Positions 59,369-64,000 of a DNA stretch of 64,000 bases are shown piece after piece. The stretch's first letter is position 1. Each line of letters opens with the position of its first letter. The position numbers were made by a program, and so were the translations under genes. The notes beneath the pieces were generated by a model. It did no database searches, had not been told where the DNA came from, and saw nothing but the letters and a program-made list of their open reading frames with translations. This DNA is from an uncultured Acidimicrobiia bacterium (GTDB taxonomy: Bacteria > Actinomycetota > Acidimicrobiia > Acidimicrobiales > AC-14). The stretch spans positions 293-64,292 of the forward strand of contig CAWDDV010000012.1 in assembly GCA_963801205.1 (NCBI GenBank), written 5' to 3'.

Positions 59369-59378
59369 CCCCACCCGC

Positions 59379-60530
59379 TCACCACCCCGGTTCCGATCGT
59401 GGTGGGGACGTCGCTCGCACGATGCCGTCGGGGTCGGTGACCTCGAAGGTGGCATCGGGCAGGAGCTTGGCCGCCCAGCCGGGCTGGTGCAGTCGGTGGT
59501 GGTGCCTCGAGCACACGAGGACGAGGTTGTTGAGCTCGGTCGGCCCGCCGTGGGTGATCCAACGGACATGGTGGCCCTCGCCCCAGGTCGAGGGCCGGTC
59601 ACAGCCGGGGAAGCGGCAGTGCTCGTCGCGGATGACCAGTGCGCTCCACAGGGTGGCGGGGATGGTGCGCGTCGACGTCCCGTAGTCGAGGATGGCCGAG
59701 CGGCCCTTGGTCAGGACCCGGTGCAGGGCGCAGTCGCACACCAACCGGGAGATGGTGGTGGCGTCCAGGCTCGGACCACCCAGGACCCTTCCTCCCCGGT
59801 GTTCCTGCACCGCCTCCAGGTCGACGACCACGTTGAGGTGGGGACGGTGACGCCCTCCCGGCCGTGACTGCTGATGGTCGAGGTAGAACCGGCTCACCGC
59901 CACCAGGGCGTCGGCCCGTTGCTCAGCCGGAGTGCGTCCCGGCTCCTCGACGGTGGCCAGTCGCAGGGCGGTGGCCACCACCGAGCCCCCTTCGGCGTCG
60001 AGATGGCCCTCCAGCACGTGACGACCGTCGAGGGTGGCCGACAGGAACAACGCCCGCTCCCGCTCCGCCGGCTCGTTCCGCTCCTGGGCCTGTTCCTTCC
60101 ACGAGGCCATGGCCCGGGAACACCCGGCCAGGCTCAGCGGAGCCAGATAGGGGACCAGCTCCGCCTCCACCTCGGCGAAGGCATCCACCGTGGCGTCGTC
60201 GAGGTGGGCCACGATCGCCGACACCTGGCCCCCCGACAACCGACCCGTTCGCCAGGCCTCCGCGCACACCGGCAGCTTCCGCAACCGGCGGGCCACCGCC
60301 ACCAACCGCCCCGCCGATTTGTGCGTCATCGATACGTTCGATTTCAACCACGCCGTCATCGACGTCGACCCGTCGACGTCCCACAGCCCTAAGGCGTCGA
60401 GCTCGCCCACCGCCACCGCGATCCGAGCGTCGAGCCGGTCCCGCAAGGCCATCACCTGCACCAACGCAGCCCCGTCGACCGGGACGTCCAGCTCCTCGAT
60501 CGCCACCGCCAACCCTTCGAACACGGCCAC
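59379..60530 (-). CDS. DUF222 plus HNH endonuclease ('13E12-repeat'-type actinobacterial HNH protein)
   Basis: N-terminal DUF222-like region (..MTAWLKSNVSMTHKSAGRLV..), C-terminal HCRFPGCDRP..GHHVRWITHGGPTELNNLVLVCSRHHHRLH. Intact 383 aa. Confidence 0.85.
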   Translation of the reverse strand: MAVFEGLAVAIEELDVPVDGAALVQVMALRDRLDARIAVAVGELDALGLWDVDGSTSMTAWLKSNVSMTHKSAGRLVAVARRLRKLPVCAEAWRTGRLSGGQVSAIVAHLDDATVDAFAEVEAELVPYLAPLSLAGCSRAMASWKEQAQERNEPAERERALFLSATLDGRHVLEGHLDAEGGSVVATALRLATVEEPGRTPAEQRADALVAVSRFYLDHQQSRPGGRHRPHLNVVVDLEAVQEHRGGRVLGGPSLDATTISRLVCDCALHRVLTKGRSAILDYGTSTRTIPATLWSALVIRDEHCRFPGCDRPSTWGEGHHVRWITHGGPTELNNLVLVCSRHHHRLHQPGWAAKLLPDATFEVTDPDGIVRATSPPRSEPGW

Positions 60531-60595
60531 AATCGTACACCTGTTCGATCAATGACGCAAGTCACTTTGAGCAAATTGGCTTCGAAGGCTGGTGA

Positions 60596-61837
60596 TCAAT
60601 TCGCCGGGTCGGCCGCCGCCGTCGGTTGGTCCCGCAACAGCGTCACCGCCACCAGGGGGAACAGGACCACCGACAGGAGCCCGGCCGACACCAGGGCCGC
60701 GCCCGTGACCGGGGTGATCTCGCCCAGGGCGACCCCGATCTCGGCGGCGGTGACCAGGAAGGGCAACGACGTCGCCTGCAGCAACCCGGCCGCCACCGCC
60801 TGGCGACGGCCGACCGTCGGCGCGTACAACAGCGCCGGCAGCCCCCGGACCACCAACAGCCCCAGCAAGAACAGCGGCACCCGGGCCAGCGCCGACGGCG
60901 AGTCCACCAGGGCCTGCAGGTCGAACCGCAGCCCGCTCGACACGAAGAAGACCGGCACCACGAACCCGTAGCCGATGGCCTCCAGCTTGAGGCGGAAGTT
61001 CGGGTGGGTGACGGTGTCGCGGTCGACCATGTTGAGAATGGCCCCGGCCAGGAACGCGCCCAGGATCGTCTCCAGCCCCAGCCGACCGGCGAGGGCCACG
61101 AACGCCACCAGCAGCAACACCGCGATCCGCACCCGGATCTCGGCGGTGGTGTCCTGCAGCCGCAGGATCACCATGTCCAACCGCGTGATCCGTTCCAGGC
61201 GGGCCAGGGCCACCACAGTCACCACGGCCAGCACCGAGAACAGCCCCAGCAGGACCAGCTTGCCGCCGACGCCGCCCTCGCTCTCCGAGAACAGCAGCGA
61301 CAGCAGGACCACGGCCGCGAAGTCGGCAACCGACGCGCCCGCGATCGTCAGCTGACCCACCGGTCGGTCGACCTGGCCGGCGTCCTTGAGCACCGGGACC
61401 ACCAGCCCCAGCGACGTCGCCGACAACGCGACCGCCAGCAGCAACGGCGACTTCACCCACCCCACCGCGCCGAACGCCAGCCCGACGGCCACTCCCAGGA
61501 CGAGCGTCAGTCCGAAACCCGCGCCGGCCGTCTTCAACACCGGCCCCCGCAGCTTGGCCACGTCGATCTCCAACCCGGCCAGGAACAGGAGGAAGGCCAG
61601 CCCCATGAGGGCCAGCACCTGCACCGGGACGTCGACCTCGACCCAGCCGAACCCGGCCGGACCCACCACGATCCCGGCCACGATCTCGAGCACGACCGCC
61701 GGTACCCGCAGCTTGGGCACCAGTCCGACGAGCAGCGGCGCCGCCACCGCGATCACGGCCACGACCAGCAGGTTCCCGAAGGAAAGGCCGGTCGTCACGG
61801 CTGGTGGTGGAGCGGGAGCACGGGCCGCACGGATCAC
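60596..61837 (-). CDS. Cation:proton antiporter (CPA1/CPA2, Na+/H+ exchanger family)
   Basis: 413-aa polytopic membrane protein with ..VVLEIVAGIVVGPAGFGW.. and ..LLFLAGLEID... Intact. Confidence 0.8.
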   Translation of the reverse strand: MIRAARAPAPPPAVTTGLSFGNLLVVAVIAVAAPLLVGLVPKLRVPAVVLEIVAGIVVGPAGFGWVEVDVPVQVLALMGLAFLLFLAGLEIDVAKLRGPVLKTAGAGFGLTLVLGVAVGLAFGAVGWVKSPLLLAVALSATSLGLVVPVLKDAGQVDRPVGQLTIAGASVADFAAVVLLSLLFSESEGGVGGKLVLLGLFSVLAVVTVVALARLERITRLDMVILRLQDTTAEIRVRIAVLLLVAFVALAGRLGLETILGAFLAGAILNMVDRDTVTHPNFRLKLEAIGYGFVVPVFFVSSGLRFDLQALVDSPSALARVPLFLLGLLVVRGLPALLYAPTVGRRQAVAAGLLQATSLPFLVTAAEIGVALGEITPVTGAALVSAGLLSVVLFPLVAVTLLRDQPTAAADPAN

Positions 61838-61859
61838 AGTCTCGCGGGGCCGGCACCCG

Positions 61860-62453
61860 TTACGTCCGGCGCACCTCGTACACCCCCGCGGTCAGCCCGC
61901 CCAACAGGTTGGCGACCAGGTCGCGGCCGGTGTTCTGGAAGCCGCCGACCTGGGTGTCGGGGACGGCCAGCGTGTAGAGGAACTCGAGCACCTCGTTCAC
62001 CGCCCCTACGCCGCAGCCCAGGAGGGCGACGAAGACCACGGTGGCCACCGGTCCGACCTCGACGTCGCCCAGCCACCGGGCCCGGAGGGCGGACCAGCAC
62101 GCCAGCCCGGCCGTCCCGAAGCCGACGAAGTGGACGACGTTGTCGAAGTGGAACCACCTGGCGAACACGAGGTTGTAGAGGATGCGCTCGCCGTCGTCGA
62201 GCTCGACGATCCCCCCGGCCAGGTGGCCGAGACCCCACAGGGTGAGGCCGACGAGGACCACCCGGCGGAACCGGAACCGGTCATCGGCCACGGCCAGGCC
62301 GACGAAGGCGACGGCCACGATGACGACGTAGGGCACGGTCAGCGGGGACCCGGTGACCAGTCCGAAGGCGCCCAGCGCGACCACATACATGACCACCACC
62401 GCAGTCACCGCCGGGTGACGGCGGACAGACGCCGCCGCCGTCGCGCCGATCAC
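61860..62453 (-). CDS. Integral membrane protein, function unknown
   Basis: GTG start at 62453 overlaps the menD stop (GTGA). Five or six hydrophobic helices. Confidence 0.5.
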   Translation of the reverse strand: MIGATAAASVRRHPAVTAVVVMYVVALGAFGLVTGSPLTVPYVVIVAVAFVGLAVADDRFRFRRVVLVGLTLWGLGHLAGGIVELDDGERILYNLVFARWFHFDNVVHFVGFGTAGLACWSALRARWLGDVEVGPVATVVFVALLGCGVGAVNEVLEFLYTLAVPDTQVGGFQNTGRDLVANLLGGLTAGVYEVRRT

Positions 62454-64000
62454 CCCAACGCCTCCGCCACCGCCTGGTGGGCTCGCCGGTGGTGGGCCAC
62501 GTTGGCATCCCGGTCGGTGGGCACGACGACGACCCGGACCCCGCCGGCCTCCACCGCGGCCCCCACCGCCGGCGCCACGCCCGACGCCCGATCCACCCGG
62601 ACCGCGACGACCCCATGCACCGCGCACAACTCCAGCAGGTCGAGGTGGTGGGGCGTCCCCCACAGGGTCTCGAACTGCTCGACCGGCAGCCTGGCCTGGG
62701 GGAGGAAGGAGAAGATCCCGCCACCCCGGTTGTCGACCACCACGAACACGGCGTCGAGGTCGCGGCGGGACGCTTCCAGCAGCCCGCCGACGTCGTGGAG
62801 GAAGGTCAGGTCGCCGCACAGGGCCACGACCGGACCGCCGCCCGCCGCCGCGGCCACGCCCAGGACGGTGGACACGAACCCGTCGATGCCGTTGACGCCC
62901 CGGTTGGAGTGGAAGCGCACACCCCCCCGGGGACGGGCGAAAGCCTCGACGTCCCGTACCGGCATGCTCGAGCCGACGACCAGCGACGAGCCGTCGGGCA
63001 GGCAGGCCACCAGATCCGGGCCACCCGGGCCTCGGACGGCTCGTCGTCGGCGTCGAGCCAGCCGTCGAGGGCGGTCCGGGCGGTGGCCTCGGCGGCCAGC
63101 CACGACTCGAGCCACGGCGACCGCCCGGCGGCGCCGTACGCCTCCAGCCGCTCGGCGAGGGCGGCCAGGAGCGCGCCCGGGTCGGCCACCACCCGCTCCG
63201 ACGCCGCCCGGTGGGGGTCGAGCCAGGCCCGGTCGGGGTCGACCAGGATCCGGGGGACCTCGGCGTCGAGCCAGGCGGTGGCCACCTTCCCGGTGAGGGC
63301 GGCGCCCACGTGCAGGACCAGGTTGGGCCGCAGCCGGTCCGCCACCGCCGGCACCCGCAGCAGCGCGTCGTAGGTGGACACCGCTAACGGCCCGCGGCGC
63401 ACGTTCGACAGGGGATCGGCCAGGATCGGCCAGCCGGCGGCGGTAGCGAAGCGCTCGACCACCTCGGCACCACACCCCCGCCCCCCACCCGGCCACCACC
63501 ATTCCCCGGGGAGTGGCCGCCACCCTTGCCGCCAGCCCGTCCACCTCGTCGGGGTCGGGCAGAAGCCGCCCGACCGAGGTGGCGATCCACGGTCGCCCAC
63601 CCGCCCGGCCCCTATCGACCACGACGTCCCCGACCGGCACCAGTGGCTCCCGGAAGGCGAGGTTGAGGTGGACGGGGCCGGCGGGCGGGCCGGACGCGTC
63701 GGCCACCGACCGGGCCGCCACCGACCGCCAGTAGGCGGGGTCGGCCACGTCGGCCGGGCCCACTTCGCAGAACCAGCGCACCGACGACCCGTAGAGCTTG
63801 ATCTGGTCGGTGGCCTGGCCGGCCCCCGTGTCCCGCAACTCGGGCGGACGGTCGGCGGTGGCGACCACCAGCGGCACCCGGCCGTGCCACGCCTCCAGCA
63901 CCGCGGGGTGGAAGTTGGCGGCCGCCGTCCCCGACGTGCACAGCACGACCGCGGGCCGGCCCGACGCCCGCGCCCCGCCCAGGGCGAAGAAGGAGGCCGA
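62450..64000 (-). pseudogene. menD: 2-succinyl-5-enolpyruvyl-6-hydroxy-3-cyclohexene-1-carboxylate synthase; 5' end beyond the window; compensating frameshift pair near 63490 and 63010
   Basis: LCTSGTAAANFHPAVLEA..PLVVATADRPPELR.., TPP motif GDLTFLHDVGGL..VVVDNRGGGIF. The middle segment is in ORF 62806..63600. Confidence 0.85.

Noticed and set aside
60626-62245. Very long ORFs rich in Arg/Pro/Gly on the strand opposite to, or out of frame with, recognisable genes. Examples are 60626..62245 +, 16102..17391 -, 28548..30446 -, 21199..22752 -, 42044..43753 - and 47992..49077 -.
   Set aside because: These are typical shadow ORFs of a ~70% G+C genome, where stop codons are scarce. Their composition is low-complexity, they carry no motifs, and each overlaps a gene with clear family signatures.

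Overview
This is a 64-kb window of a very high-G+C chromosome (about 70% by eye; I could not compute it). The gene content looks like Actinomycetota: treYZ, a LigC-type ATP ligase, a TIGR03086/DinB-like protein, a DUF222-HNH gene, a DUF559 gene, an ECF sigma with a zinc-finger anti-sigma, a WYL regulator and menG/menF/menD. I resolve about 65 protein-coding genes. Housekeeping blocks are: a PadR-ABC export operon; a NuoF-like / VOC / Mo-oxidoreductase / ferredoxin-reductase / P450 block; a coherent lysine-catabolism cluster (saccharopine-DH-type dehydrogenase, ALDH, HglS-like DUF1338, FAD-linked oxidase); FGGY kinase; RtcB; an HDAC-type deacetylase; treY-treZ; rhodanese-SufE; and a menaquinone locus interrupted by accessory genes. 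Accessory or unusual content: (1) The main candidate for a new system is a tightly coupled minus-strand string at 36942-41822. It reads degenerate HNH-like module, then ABC/AAA ATPase, then intact TIGR02646/PtuB-like HNH nuclease, then a membrane-anchored patatin-like phospholipase. That is a Septu-like core joined to a lipase effector. (2) The end of a lower-G+C island lies at 1-2550. It carries a SIR2-like gene and a DNA methyltransferase and is bounded by a tRNA-Arg(ACG) 3'-half remnant. (3) A 107-bp tandem repeat (4.25 copies) sits upstream of the ECF sigma operon. (4) A family of roughly 50-bp palindromic repeats flanks a DUF559 cassette inserted at the 3' end of menF. One further copy is inserted in-frame inside an aldolase/SDR gene. 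(5) A second REP-like hairpin family sits at gene 3' ends. (6) There is a perfect Rex-type operator. Caveat: at least 40 single-base frameshifts interrupt otherwise recognisable genes. They are clustered and often occur in compensating pairs, and several fall in short homopolymers. I therefore label these genes pseudogene as the sequence stands, but suspect consensus errors. All family assignments come from motif recognition by eye; no searches were run.
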